From Minisyncoccota bacterium (lineage in GTDB: Bacteria; Patescibacteriota; Minisyncoccia; Phycocordibacterales; Phycocordibacteraceae): DNA of 64,000 nucleotides. How positions within the stretch are numbered: position 1 is the stretch's first letter; each line of letters begins with the position of its first letter. Below, one piece after another: positions 1-10,672 of the stretch. The DNA lies in assembly GCA_022841985.1 (NCBI GenBank), contig JALHQL010000001.1:5529-69528 (forward strand), read 5' to 3'. Under the pieces are notes generated by a model. The model saw only the letters and a program-made list of their open reading frames with translations. It was not told the origin of the DNA and did not search any database. The position numbers were made by a program, and so were the translations under genes.

Positions 1-1282
1 GAACATCACTAACTCGTAAAAGGGTGGCAAGAGATGCCGGCAATCCTGTCGATGGCATCGAAAGGAATAGGATTGCAAAAAATACAGTAAGCGCACCTCC
101 GGCAAGTTGATAAAAAAATGGCCACCATGACTGCCGCGCCGCATAGAGCGCGCGAGAAAAGAGAAGTACGGTCCCTTGAGCAACAAGACCTACAATGAAG
201 AGAGCAAAAAGAGCAGCCGTGAGACGAGTTGCATCCCAATCAAACGCGCCAGTACCGAGAACGACACGCACAATATGAGCACGTAAAACAATACCGAGAC
301 CCAGCGCGACGATTGACCAAAGAATGATGTGTCGCGCACTTGAAGAAAGAATACGAGTGAATTCATCACGATTCTTGGGTGCCGATGCTTCAGAAAGAGC
401 AGGAAACGCTGCCACTGCGTACGAAGATCCAATGAGTGCAAGTGGAACCGCCGCTAAATTTCCGGCGAAAGAGAACACGGAAATCGATCCTGTACCGATT
501 CTTGAGGCCATAGCGGTCAAGAGAAGCATCGTAAGCGAACCCATACTGAGTGCGAGCGCCCGAGGAACGGAATCTCGAATCACCGACATCATGACTTTCA
601 CACTTGGAACGCAGAGTCGCGGGAAAACACCTGCCTCGATTACGACCGGAACATTTACCATAAGATACGCAACTGCACCGATAATGACGCCGATGCCAAT
701 CCCGGGAAGCCCCCAGAGCGGATAGAAGACAATCGTACCGAGAATGATGCCAATATTATAGAGAATTGGCGAAATAGCGAAGAGCATGAAGCGACGACGT
801 ACCTGTGTCACACTCGAAAGTACCCCCGAAAGCCCAAGCAAAATTGGCTGCAAGAGCAGGAGACGTGCGAGAAGGACGAAATCAGCTGAATTGGGAGAGC
901 TGATGAAATTCGGATACAAGAGCACAAGAAATTGCGGCATCAAGAATGCAAGCACGATACAGATGAGCCCCCCAACGCCGAACAAGAATGACGCTGATTC
1001 AGAGAGAAGTCGTCGTGTTGCTTCCCTGTCCATTCCTGTAATGCGCGGAATAAGCACATAGGCACTCACGAGCGAAGCAACAAGAACGAAGACAAGGTCC
1101 GGTACACGGAATGCTGCGTAATAGAGGTCGAGCACCTCGCTCGCGCCGAAAGTATGGGCGAATGTTCGGTCGCGCAGAAGCGCTAGAGCCTGTGAAGCAA
1201 GTGTGAGCGCAGCGAGCAAATACGCGGCCTGATGCAGGCCGCGTATTGGTGCTGTGATGCTCTCGAGAATGCTCCGAACCAT
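1..1282 (-). CDS. murJ: Lipid II flippase MurJ/MviN (partial, runs off left edge)
   Basis: Minus-strand ORF from ATG 1282: MVRSILESITAPIRGLHQAAYLLAALTLASQALALLRDRTFAHTFGASEVLDLYYAAFRVPD, the MviN N-terminal pattern; hydrophobic throughout; absent from the ORF track because it is truncated. Confidence 0.88.
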   Translation of the reverse strand, partial: MVRSILESITAPIRGLHQAAYLLAALTLASQALALLRDRTFAHTFGASEVLDLYYAAFRVPDLVFVLVASLVSAYVLIPRITGMDREATRRLLSESASFLFGVGGLICIVLAFLMPQFLVLLYPNFISSPNSADFVLLARLLLLQPILLGLSGVLSSVTQVRRRFMLFAISPILYNIGIILGTIVFYPLWGLPGIGIGVIIGAVAYLMVNVPVVIEAGVFPRLCVPSVKVMMSVIRDSVPRALALSMGSLTMLLLTAMASRIGTGSISVFSFAGNLAAVPLALIGSSYAVAAFPALSEASAPKNRDEFTRILSSSARHIILWSIVALGLGIVLRAHIVRVVLGTGAFDWDATRLTAALFALFIVGLVAQGTVLLFSRALYAARQSWWPFFYQLAGGALTVFFAILFLSMPSTGLPASLATLLRVSDV

Positions 1283-1298
1283 CGCTCTATACTACACC

Positions 1299-3671
1299 TT
1301 AATTTTGTATTGGTGCTGGAGCAATAGAGAGAAGATTCGCAGGGAACGGATTCTTACCTGCTTCAAGCGCCTCAAGCTGTGAAGCAACGGCATTCGCATT
1401 TTCAGCTGACATCTTCGCAATCGCTCGCATCTGTTCGAGCGCATTTTTAATATCACCTCGTTTTGCAAATACGGCCGAAAGGAAGTAGCGCGCATTGGCA
1501 AATTGCGGATTCGCAGCAACCGCTGCTGAAAGTGCATTTGCAGCACCAGCCAAATCACCTTGAGCAGCACTTAAGACACCCACCTGGAATAGAATGCTTG
1601 GATTATTTGGCGTGAAGTAGGCGGCAGCAAGAGCGGCAGCAAGAGCTTCTCTCACATTTCCATCTTGAACCTCAAGCTGCGAAAGGAGAAAGATGGCATC
1701 GGTATAATCTTGCTTCAGTGCGATTGCGGACTTGAGATCTTCTTTAGCGGCCTTTATATCTCTCTTCGCAATGTTGAGTTGCGCGAGGATATACGGAATT
1801 TGTGGATTCGTCGGGCTCAGTAGCGCTGCCTTTCCATATGCATCCTTAGCGCTGTCGTAGGCACCCGAGACTCCGAGCGGCACTGCTTTAGCGTAGAGGT
1901 TCCCCAATATGAGCCAATTCTGATAGTCAGAAGGGGCAAGACGTGTCGCAGTTAGAGCAGCATTTATACCTCCCGAAAGCGCCGTCTGAAATGCTTGTTG
2001 TGCTGCAGACGTCGACATTGTCGAAGAGGCCGCTATCCGATCAAGCTGTACACTCGCAACTCCCGCCTCGATTTGATAGGCAGCTGCGCTCGAAGCAAAA
2101 AGTATTGAGTTTTGTGCGGATTTACCAGCCGCCTCAATATTACCGGCGGAAAATGCAACTCTCGATTCCGCAAGTTCGGTTGTGGCGATATAACGTCCGA
2201 CAAGTGAATAAGCAGCACCGACTGATCCAAGCAGAAGAATCGTCAGAGAGAACACGACGAGAAATCCAAGTCGCGGACTTCGCGAGAAGACAATACCCCA
2301 TTGTTGGCCATGTGCGGCATAACGGGTTGTTGAGACGAAGAGGCCCGCGAAGACAAAGGCGAGAGTAAGAATAACCGTATTCGGCAAACCGAAAATCGCA
2401 GTTATGTAGAGGTAGAGTGCTGCCACGAACGAGAACAGCGCAACATGACGAACGAAAGCATCCTGTGGCGTGCGCAGGATAAGAGTACGGAGACCGAACA
2501 CGATAAAGAGAGCAAGGAACAGAACCCATGCGAACATGCCTACAAGACCGGTCGTCACAAATGAGGTCGGGATAAAGCCGATACCGGAGGAGAAGTCTAT
2601 ATTCCAGAAGACGGTCGAATTGAGAGCTGCATCGCGATATTTGAGCCATTCAACTCCAAAGGTGTTAGGACCCGAACCAAAGACTGGAGCAGTTGCATAC
2701 ACTTTCTGCCCGACTGAAAGCGTTGATTCCCAAGACGGACGGACGTTGAGGATATTTACGTTGAGCGTATTCGCCAAAGCGTTACCCAGTGTTCCTCCAA
2801 TAAGAAAGAAAAGCGAAACGGCGAGTACACAGAGCGGAATGATAAACGAGTGGATGCTTTCATCTGTCTCGAGCGGCGCTTCGCTCATAATTGCAGCCCC
2901 ATCAAGATCCGCCTCTGCAGTCTTCGACTTGCGCTGCATGATCGCTTCAACAAAAAGACCGAGTGAGAAGAGCGCCACCAATGTCCACGTAAGCATGGAG
3001 TTTGCAATAGCGAGCAACATCAGCGCTCCAATGAGAATAGCGATACGTATATAGTGTGCGCGTCGCGAGAGATTAAGTTCTCGGAGCGTGATGAGAATGC
3101 CGATGATACCGAGCCCCGCCAGAAACGCAAGATCTTCAAAAGAACCTATGGCCGAGAACGCTGGAGAGATTGCATTCGGCGCAAATTGCCCAACAATAAC
3201 GATGAGCAATTGGAGAACGACGATTGCACCGAATGCCCAAGCAGCGGCATTGAGAAAGGAGTGATACTGTTCCGGACGACGCAGCATGAGTGCCGCTAAG
3301 GTGCCCAGGCATGTGGCAACGAGCATAAAGCCGAATGTATCCGGTTCAAAGGCTGATCCCCAAAGGGCGTTCGTAAAGAGTGTGCCTGAAAACACTGCCG
3401 AAAGAGCGTACGCTAGTACTGGCAACCAGAGTGCACCAAGAAGCGCGAACGGCGGAAGGATGACATTGCCGCGCCCGAGACGCGCAAGAATGTAAAGCGC
3501 AAGAGTGACAAGTGTACCGGCAGCAAGCAGAAATGTTTTAGTCGTAGTAACTGGAACGGCTGTAGATGGAATAAAAATAAAAATAGCGCCGACAAGAGTG
3601 GCGAGGAGCGCCCAAATACTTATGGTCTCAATTGAACGGCGAGGAGCAAGGTTTGGATTTTCCGGAGGCAT
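1299..3671 (-). CDS. Polytopic membrane protein (O-antigen ligase/Wzy_C-like) with C-terminal TPR repeats
   Basis: 790 aa; many TM segments, GSGPNTF loop, C-terminal helical repeats (AYDSAKDAYGKAALLSPTNP, AIALKQDY). Confidence 0.7.
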   Translation of the reverse strand: MPPENPNLAPRRSIETISIWALLATLVGAIFIFIPSTAVPVTTTKTFLLAAGTLVTLALYILARLGRGNVILPPFALLGALWLPVLAYALSAVFSGTLFTNALWGSAFEPDTFGFMLVATCLGTLAALMLRRPEQYHSFLNAAAWAFGAIVVLQLLIVIVGQFAPNAISPAFSAIGSFEDLAFLAGLGIIGILITLRELNLSRRAHYIRIAILIGALMLLAIANSMLTWTLVALFSLGLFVEAIMQRKSKTAEADLDGAAIMSEAPLETDESIHSFIIPLCVLAVSLFFLIGGTLGNALANTLNVNILNVRPSWESTLSVGQKVYATAPVFGSGPNTFGVEWLKYRDAALNSTVFWNIDFSSGIGFIPTSFVTTGLVGMFAWVLFLALFIVFGLRTLILRTPQDAFVRHVALFSFVAALYLYITAIFGLPNTVILTLAFVFAGLFVSTTRYAAHGQQWGIVFSRSPRLGFLVVFSLTILLLGSVGAAYSLVGRYIATTELAESRVAFSAGNIEAAGKSAQNSILFASSAAAYQIEAGVASVQLDRIAASSTMSTSAAQQAFQTALSGGINAALTATRLAPSDYQNWLILGNLYAKAVPLGVSGAYDSAKDAYGKAALLSPTNPQIPYILAQLNIAKRDIKAAKEDLKSAIALKQDYTDAIFLLSQLEVQDGNVREALAAALAAAYFTPNNPSILFQVGVLSAAQGDLAGAANALSAAVAANPQFANARYFLSAVFAKRGDIKNALEQMRAIAKMSAENANAVASQLEALEAGKNPFPANLLSIAPAPIQN

Positions 3672-3784
3672 GTTTATTTCTGGTGATAAAATTCAATAAT
3701 AATACCGTTCAGTATACCCTGCTAATCCTTTTGTCTAGACGTTCATCCACATCCTAAATCCTAATGTTATGGTATAATGCACGC

Positions 3785-4144
3785 AGACCGAACTAGACGA
3801 TCGCCCCATGAGATAATCGCGGGGAGGAAAGTCCGAACATGCACTCTGCTTAACCGCAGAGGAGACAGGTAGCGGGTAACGCCCGTCGTCCGCGAGGATA
3901 GAGGTGCCTACAGAGACGCCCACAAGCGAAAGCGAGGGGCATCCTGCCACTCAGGTAGGATGAGTTCTCCGAGTAATCGGAGAGGTGCAACGAATAAATC
4001 CTTACCCGCATGCAAGGCCGTATCGTTGGTGCAAAACACCAACGGGGTGCCGCTCGAGCTTGCAAGCAATTGTGAGCCCAGATAAATGATCGTCTCGGTT
4101 TTTTTAAGAAAATCCAGACAGAATTCGGCTTATCGGTTCGGTCT
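3785..4144 (+). ncRNA. rnpB: RNase P RNA
   Basis: GAGGAAAGTCC near the 5' end, ACAGAATTCGGCTTA near the 3' end, P1 pairing AGACCGAAC/GTTCGGTCT; extended -10 TGGTATAAT at 3770-3778. Confidence 0.95.
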
Positions 4145-4151
4145 ATACAAT

Positions 4152-4183
4152 GCTAAAACCCACGCTCCTGCGTGGGTTTTAGC
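4152..4183. terminator. Bidirectional intrinsic terminator between rnpB and nrdJ
   Basis: Perfect 14-bp stem GCTAAAACCCACGC-tcct-GCGTGGGTTTTAGC between convergent genes. Confidence 0.75.
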
Positions 4184-4206
4184 TTGAGGTGGAGCAACAG
4201 AGCGAC

Positions 4207-6621
4207 TTAGACTATTTCACAAGTCCCACCGGCACAAGCAAGCTCCTTTTTCATATCCGATTCATCCTGGCGTTCATATGCGAAGAGTTTCGAGTAATCC
4301 ACTTTTGGAAAGCGAGACATGCGTTCCTCGTATTCTTTTTCTGTAATTGTCTCATACGGCGCAAGACGATAGACATGATTTGATCGCGGAAGGAATGAAA
4401 GTCCGCCGATGATGTCCCAATTTTTCTGCACCCAGCTGACAACCCCAATCCACTCATCTTCGCCCACTGAGATGGTTGCCGAAGGATTGTGTTCAGTGAA
4501 GTTCAGTTTGACCGTCTTCCAGTATTCAAGTTGATCAAGGGCGGTCAGACCGTCTTTAAACTTCGCTTCTTTTGAGTGATCAGGCGCCTTGACCGGGAAC
4601 TCCAGTACAAAGGTATTGGCTTCTTCCATTGACTGCCCCACTTCCGGATAGTACGTCACACCTTGATCGCGCATCATTTTGAAAAGTGAGTCGGTCGCAC
4701 TGATGCGCACGCGACGGATATAGTAGGGTGCGTGGCGCGGATGAATACCCGATGCACAATTGAAAGTCTGTGAGACAGTACCCGAAGGCTTGACTGCAGT
4801 TACCGCCATTGATCGCTCGACACCAAAACGTTTTGCATACGCGACATTCGTCTTGACTGCTATATCGCGAACTTTACGCATCACCTCCGGCTGGCGCGCC
4901 ACAGGAGAATCCCATTGGCCTGTTATGGAAACGCCAAGGAGACGTTCCGCCTTATTATGCTCAGTCCAATCTTTTGAAATGTAGCCGAACTTTGTGAGCG
5001 TCGATTGATAGGTGCCGAGAATCGCCGCGAGACGTGCCTTCCGCAAGAGCGAGGCTTCCGTGTCGTTTGCACGCGCAATGACCTCGGAGAGATTACAGAA
5101 CTGCTTCGACTGCAAGATAATTTCGGCGCATGGATTGGTGCCGATAGATCCATGTACGACGCCATCTTCCCCGATAAAGCCGATTTTCTTGAAATACTCC
5201 GTTCGACGCTTTGGGAGAGTCGTCGCAAGAGAACCGCGATTGAAGATGCCTCGCTCGCCGCTTCCGCTTTTCATGAGCGCTACCCATTCGTCCATGAGCT
5301 CGGCATTGGTCGGCTGTATCTCATACACGGCGGAGTTATTGGAAACAGCGCGGTGTGGATCGGTCATATAGAATTGACCTTTCTTTGCATCACGCATCTC
5401 CACATCATCGAGGTCGGAGAGCGAGATCATCGCAGTACGACGCACTCCGCCAGCAACCACGCATTCGCCTATCTTACAAATGACATCGTGCACGTCGATC
5501 GCGCGCATGCGACGCCCCTGGCGCTTCAACACGCGCTCGCGGGCGAATGCGAGAAGACTCTGGAGCGGTTCAGGACCGCTTGCCTTCCCACCCATGGTCT
5601 TAAGGCGTGCTCCGGCCGGTCGTATCTGAGAATAATCAAATGTAATGTCTTTACCTGCATACCAGGTCGTAAGCCCGAGCGTGAGAGCATCGCACCAGCC
5701 CTCCTTTGAGTCCGCAATGACGTGCGTTGGTATCTTCTGCCCCATTTGTTTTTTGATTTGCGGAAGCTGCTCGACGTTTTGACTCTCTACCGCAAAGCCG
5801 ACACCGCATCCCTGCATTGAGAGATACATAATCTCGGCAAAGTCTTCGAGCTTCACCGGCGCAGTAAACGTACAATTATACGCACACGTATTACAGCGGC
5901 GCGCTGCCTCGCCCGAGAACTGCATGAGACGCATTGATGGCATCACTTCTTGCTTCAAGATGCCCATGCGTACTTCGGCGTATTCTTTTTCAGTCAGTTT
6001 GGTACCAAGATTCTCGCGCATGAAGCTTATGTAGCGATCTACCGTCTCAATCCATGTCTCGCGACGACCTTCAGAAGGAATCCATTTCGCGTAGGTGCGC
6101 AGGTAGACAAATTCACCGAGTGGATTTCCCTCGAAATATTTCTTGCTTTCTTCGGACAGCTTCCTCACATGTTCCGGTATCTCGATGTGCGTCGCCCGCA
6201 GTTGTGCCCGTTTGTCACGATAGAGAATGTACGCCTTAGCCGTCTTTACGTAATCGTTCAAGATGAGGTATTTTTCAATCGAATCTTGCATACCCTCGAC
6301 TGTTGGAAGGAAACTCTTATACTTCTTGGCAAATCGTCCGAGCTCGCCAGCCACCTGGTGCGCCACAAGATTTGCATCGTCCTGACTTCCTTCCTCTGCA
6401 GCGAGCATCGCCTTCCAAATAGCTGTGGCTATTTTATCGAAATCAAATGCAACAAGTCGCCCATCGCGTTTTTCTATTTGTGGAATCATTTCGCGATATC
6501 GCATCGTCTCCTTTGAGAACTCTTGTTCCGAGACTTCGGAAGGGAATCTAGATTCCGTCACTTTCGCAACAGAAGCAGCAAGACTTTTCGAATGGATGGA
6601 TGCTTTCGCGATTTTGGACAT
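4207..6621 (-). CDS. nrdJ: Class II (adenosylcobalamin-dependent, monomeric RTPR-type) ribonucleotide reductase with N-terminal ATP cone
   Basis: IEKRDGR ATP cone, YLRTYA, VVAGGVRRTA, TNPCAEI, VKPSGTVS, C-terminal CAGGTC. Confidence 0.92.
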   Translation of the reverse strand: MSKIAKASIHSKSLAASVAKVTESRFPSEVSEQEFSKETMRYREMIPQIEKRDGRLVAFDFDKIATAIWKAMLAAEEGSQDDANLVAHQVAGELGRFAKKYKSFLPTVEGMQDSIEKYLILNDYVKTAKAYILYRDKRAQLRATHIEIPEHVRKLSEESKKYFEGNPLGEFVYLRTYAKWIPSEGRRETWIETVDRYISFMRENLGTKLTEKEYAEVRMGILKQEVMPSMRLMQFSGEAARRCNTCAYNCTFTAPVKLEDFAEIMYLSMQGCGVGFAVESQNVEQLPQIKKQMGQKIPTHVIADSKEGWCDALTLGLTTWYAGKDITFDYSQIRPAGARLKTMGGKASGPEPLQSLLAFARERVLKRQGRRMRAIDVHDVICKIGECVVAGGVRRTAMISLSDLDDVEMRDAKKGQFYMTDPHRAVSNNSAVYEIQPTNAELMDEWVALMKSGSGERGIFNRGSLATTLPKRRTEYFKKIGFIGEDGVVHGSIGTNPCAEIILQSKQFCNLSEVIARANDTEASLLRKARLAAILGTYQSTLTKFGYISKDWTEHNKAERLLGVSITGQWDSPVARQPEVMRKVRDIAVKTNVAYAKRFGVERSMAVTAVKPSGTVSQTFNCASGIHPRHAPYYIRRVRISATDSLFKMMRDQGVTYYPEVGQSMEEANTFVLEFPVKAPDHSKEAKFKDGLTALDQLEYWKTVKLNFTEHNPSATISVGEDEWIGVVSWVQKNWDIIGGLSFLPRSNHVYRLAPYETITEKEYEERMSRFPKVDYSKLFAYERQDESDMKKELACAGGTCEIV

Positions 6622-6712
6622 ACGTGGACGATCAATAATTTATAAATATACTGCCGCGTGCTTCTTATCAACTAGTTTACTCCTGCTGCAAAAAAATACC
6701 CTGTGGACAGCG

Positions 6713-7189
6713 TTACTCTGAAACGATTGGAAAATTTTTCAACATAAGTTTTGTACTGGTCGTGATGTTGTGTGCACGCGCAAAACCAGCGACAGTTTCA
6801 AGGACATACCGTGCTTGGGCGTTCGGATAAAAGACATTTGGATAGCTTGAGGTCGCTACATTTTCGGCGATTGAAATAACCTGTCCTTTATCATCCAGCC
6901 AGAAAATATCTATAGGGACCAGCATATCCTTCATCCAGAAGCCATACATACCATCCTTTTGGAACACAAAAAACATTCCATAGTCTCCAGGGATCCTTGC
7001 TCGGCCGCTGAGCCCTCTCGCTTGCGCCTCGCTCGTACTTGCGACTTCAATTCTCAAGGACACGCCGCCAAATTCCCCTACGATAGATGGCTCCGCTGTT
7101 GGCGAATTTGTCCTATAGAAAAATAGTGCCGTAATTACCATCGCCACTATCAGAAATCCTACATAAAAATATCGAGACATACGCAACAA
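6713..7189 (-). CDS. DUF192 family protein
   Basis: RGLSGR...GMFFVF...FWMKDMLVPIDIFW...YVLET signature; N-terminal TM. Confidence 0.88.
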   Translation of the reverse strand: MLRMSRYFYVGFLIVAMVITALFFYRTNSPTAEPSIVGEFGGVSLRIEVASTSEAQARGLSGRARIPGDYGMFFVFQKDGMYGFWMKDMLVPIDIFWLDDKGQVISIAENVATSSYPNVFYPNAQARYVLETVAGFARAHNITTSTKLMLKNFPIVSE

Positions 7190-7194
7190 ATCAG

Positions 7195-7665
7195 CTAGAC
7201 TTTCAAAAGCATATCTACCATTTCTAGCTCCTTGTAAATGCCTGAAATGAGATCGAGCTCTTTAGCCTCTTCCAAACTTGCCCATTTGTATTCAACGGCG
7301 TCTTCGTCAAGCTTCACTTCCCCGGAAATATATGGCGCGTAATAGCTCAAGACCAGCACAGGAATTCCATCGGGGTGAAGGAAGGTAAGGTCAAGCAGAT
7401 AATTCACTTTCCCTATTTCAACACTTACTTCTTCTTGCACTTCTCGCCGAAGAGCTTTCTCGACAACTCCATACCAACCAGCATTACCATGAGTCTGCGG
7501 TGTATCGATATAATCGTTCGTACTTAACCCCCCGCCGGGCACTGTCCATTTACCCGGATGTACTTTTTTATGCTGGCTTCTTTTCGTCACCAAGTACTTC
7601 CCTTCGTCATTATAGATGATGCAGGTGGTCGCTATACGATGAAGTTCCTTATCTCGTATCTCCAT
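7195..7665 (-). CDS. NUDIX hydrolase
   Basis: WTVPGG...ALRREVQEEVSV Nudix box. Confidence 0.88.
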   Translation of the reverse strand: MEIRDKELHRIATTCIIYNDEGKYLVTKRSQHKKVHPGKWTVPGGGLSTNDYIDTPQTHGNAGWYGVVEKALRREVQEEVSVEIGKVNYLLDLTFLHPDGIPVLVLSYYAPYISGEVKLDEDAVEYKWASLEEAKELDLISGIYKELEMVDMLLKV

Positions 7666-7695
7666 GCATAAATGCTACCACGGAGCTCGGGGTAC

Positions 7696-9078
7696 CTAGA
7701 TAGTCTGATCGTGCGGATCGAAAATGGACGGGGACACTTCTTTTCCTTGCAGTAATTCTGAAATTCTTTTGCCACCAAATACCGATGGTAGAATACCGAC
7801 GCCGTTGCAGCCGAGGTTATACAAAAGCACCGGATTACATGGCTCGAAACCGACGCGACGAACGCCGTTTGGCGTATAGCCCATGAGTCCATGCCAACAA
7901 AACGCGTACTTGGTTTCCGGACCAGGGTGTTTACTGTAATTTGAACGCAGGAAATCGTCGATTATATCCCTCATATCCTCGGTGTACGCATGTGTGCGAG
8001 AATAATCCGCCCCATTCGGAAGCACTTTTTCCGGTCCACCCGCACAGACTAGACTATGGAGATTCTTCCCTTCGTGTTCGTGCGGACGACGAGTGAGGTA
8101 GAAATAGCTTTCGCCGGTCGGATCGCCATTGCGCTCATTCGTCTTGGGGAAATAACTCACGGCTGTGGGAGGATTGTCGAGCGGCTCGACGTAACCGGAC
8201 ATGTAACCGATGCGTCCAGCAATCGAGTGATGAAATGCCGTATCAATTTCTGGCCCCACTTCATTACTGATCGAAAAATGTTCGAATCCATTGGTGCACA
8301 GCACAATATTCCCCGCCACAACCGTATGCGCAAGGACCCCGAGCGACCCGTCGGCCCCCTTGAGCCGTACTGTTTTTACCGGACTGCCCTCATATAAAGA
8401 AAAACGGTCCTGGTATTTCGTCACTAAGTATCCGATGAGCTCTTCGGTAAAGAGCGCGCTATTCATGCATCCTTTCTGAAAAGCAAGGGAAGCGACGTAG
8501 CCCGTATTATTCGTCTCAAGCAGATTAAGCATGTCTTTGTGCGCGACTGTTCCATAGAGATGCGCATATGCTTTTGGAATATTCTTGCGCTCCTCCCACT
8601 CTTCGGCGACAATCATTGCCTCCGTCTGTAATCCTCCTTCCTCTCGGTAATGATTATCTTTCAGATGCCGAAGGACCTGATCGAAGCTCGAAAGCCCGGT
8701 ATATCCGGTAAATCGATAGAGCGGCGTCCGTAGATCCGCTTCTTCCATGATTTGGTCAATCAGCGTCCAAGCAGACTCGATCGAACGTTGACCATCAATG
8801 GCAAGTTCGAGACCGAATTCTTCCACGAGCTCAGAAAGCGGCCGCTCGAAGTAACTTGTAATCTGTCCTGCATTGTGCCCGGTCGCTCCATGGGCAATTT
8901 TATCGGCCTCAAGCAGAATAACGGTCTTGTTCGTATCGCGCAGAGTGAAAAAAGCGGTAACAATGCCGGCAATGCCACCACCGACGATGGCCACATCCGC
9001 GGTCGCATTGGCATTAAGCGGAACAACCGATCTACTGCGCTTGAGCTGATGTATCCAGGGTGAATTATTCGGTATCAT
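7696..9078 (-). CDS. FAD-dependent oxidoreductase (DAO/PuuB-like)
   Basis: DVAIVGGGIAG Rossmann motif, GATGHNAGQ, WHGLMGYTPNG, GCNGVG. Confidence 0.85.
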   Translation of the reverse strand: MIPNNSPWIHQLKRSRSVVPLNANATADVAIVGGGIAGIVTAFFTLRDTNKTVILLEADKIAHGATGHNAGQITSYFERPLSELVEEFGLELAIDGQRSIESAWTLIDQIMEEADLRTPLYRFTGYTGLSSFDQVLRHLKDNHYREEGGLQTEAMIVAEEWEERKNIPKAYAHLYGTVAHKDMLNLLETNNTGYVASLAFQKGCMNSALFTEELIGYLVTKYQDRFSLYEGSPVKTVRLKGADGSLGVLAHTVVAGNIVLCTNGFEHFSISNEVGPEIDTAFHHSIAGRIGYMSGYVEPLDNPPTAVSYFPKTNERNGDPTGESYFYLTRRPHEHEGKNLHSLVCAGGPEKVLPNGADYSRTHAYTEDMRDIIDDFLRSNYSKHPGPETKYAFCWHGLMGYTPNGVRRVGFEPCNPVLLYNLGCNGVGILPSVFGGKRISELLQGKEVSPSIFDPHDQTI

Positions 9079-9095
9079 ATGGCATTACTAAAAGT

Positions 9096-10667
9096 TTACT
9101 CTACTTTGAAACTGAACATCATCCCCGACTCAAGATGCTCGGCGATATGGCAGTGTGCCATCCAGATGCCCGGGTTTGAAGTGTCGAGAATGATGTCTAC
9201 CGTTTCTCCAGCTTTCACCAAAACTGTGTCTTTCCACGCAAGGTTTGTTTGCGGTACTCCATCGCGAGCCACAACAAGGAACCGCTGACCGTGGAAATGC
9301 ATCGGATGTTGCATCGGGTGCATAGAATTCGGATCATTAAAAATCCTGATCTTGACTGGCTCTCCGCGCTTGAACGTCCAGTCGATGTCCATGTTTTCTT
9401 TTCCGGTCGCCTGATCTCTTACTTTCCATTTGACTGCATCGGCATCGGACATTTGGTTCATCATTTCGTTTTCATCTTCCCACTCAATACCGCCTTCCGA
9501 ACTCATCATAGAGCCGCCCATCCGGGTGCCGTCCGGCATCATATGGCCTCCCATCATACTCATCATGTTGCCGCCCATGTCGATGGAGAGTTTGATTTGT
9601 TTGTTTGGTGCTTTGTCGAAATACTGCCGGAATGGAACGATACTTGCCACTGTTTCTCCATGAGTGCGGAGCCGATTGAACTCTGACGTATAAGAGACCT
9701 CAACAGAATCTGTGTTTACACCGATCGTACCAAGTGTATAGGTTTTATTCGGTGTCTTATTTTGAATCGCAAACGTGCCACTTGTATCAAACATAACTTC
9801 AACGACAGCGCGCTCAGAAGGGCCGAGCGTTACCGCATTCACCCATTGATCCTTTTCATACGCACCGCCATCTGCTCCGACTAGCTTCATCTTTGCTCTA
9901 GCGATGGAAAAGTTAAACGGTCGAGTATTTGCTGAATTGGTGACATAGAAGCGAATAACCTCTCCTTTTTTTACAGAAAGGGAATACTCTGTCTCGCCAT
10001 TTATGAGCATAACGTTCCCAAACCTGCCCATGAGAGTATGACTGGCTTCCTGTTTGTTCAAAGTAATCCTTCCGTCTTCGATTAACATATCGTCTAAGAA
10101 TAGAGCGGCCTCGCGATTCACGGGCGACCAGTAATCAGCACTTTTCGGAACCACAAGATAGTTTCCATAGAGTCCGAGTTCCTGCTGATAATCCTCCCGA
10201 ACGTGCGGATGATACCAATACATACCGGCATCCGGAAACTTGAGTTTGTAAGAAAATACTTCGCCCGGCTTCATTGCTTCCTGCGTACTCTGCGATCCGT
10301 CAAACGCATTGTCCATTCTGATGCCGTGCGAGTGGAGAAGTGTATTCATGTCAATGCCGTTTTTGAAATTGATTGTAACTTCCGCTCCTTGGGCGATTTT
10401 AATAAGCGGTCCCGGAATTGAACCATTATAGGCAAGCATCCGGTATTCCGTGCCGTTAATATTCTTTTTTACATAGCTTGCGGTGAGATCATAGGTATCG
10501 CCATCCTTAAGCTCCACTGTTTGCGTTACCGAAGCGGGAGAGAGACCTGGGGTATCTGTGCTTACATACTCGCTTCGCACTATAGAGAACGAATTATCCT
10601 GTAAAAAGAACGCCGTCCCAATTATAATAACAACCGACACGATTCCACCGAATAGTTTATTTTTCAT
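9096..10667 (-). CDS. Multicopper oxidase (CueO/CotA-like), Met-rich insert
   Basis: HSHG, WYHPH, HPMHFHG, HCHIAEHLESGM copper ligands; start taken at MKNKLF (ORF track starts at 10691). Confidence 0.92.
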   Translation of the reverse strand: MKNKLFGGIVSVVIIIGTAFFLQDNSFSIVRSEYVSTDTPGLSPASVTQTVELKDGDTYDLTASYVKKNINGTEYRMLAYNGSIPGPLIKIAQGAEVTINFKNGIDMNTLLHSHGIRMDNAFDGSQSTQEAMKPGEVFSYKLKFPDAGMYWYHPHVREDYQQELGLYGNYLVVPKSADYWSPVNREAALFLDDMLIEDGRITLNKQEASHTLMGRFGNVMLINGETEYSLSVKKGEVIRFYVTNSANTRPFNFSIARAKMKLVGADGGAYEKDQWVNAVTLGPSERAVVEVMFDTSGTFAIQNKTPNKTYTLGTIGVNTDSVEVSYTSEFNRLRTHGETVASIVPFRQYFDKAPNKQIKLSIDMGGNMMSMMGGHMMPDGTRMGGSMMSSEGGIEWEDENEMMNQMSDADAVKWKVRDQATGKENMDIDWTFKRGEPVKIRIFNDPNSMHPMQHPMHFHGQRFLVVARDGVPQTNLAWKDTVLVKAGETVDIILDTSNPGIWMAHCHIAEHLESGMMFSFKVE

Positions 10668-10672
10668 ATAGT

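Noticed and set aside
3735-4065. Two 71-aa minus-strand ORFs
   Set aside because: They lie antisense to the RNase P RNA.
5005-5709. 234-aa plus-strand ORF inside nrdJ (possible intron- or intein-encoded gene)
   Set aside because: The nrdJ frame is continuous and of normal length; no LAGLIDADG, HNH or intein motifs.
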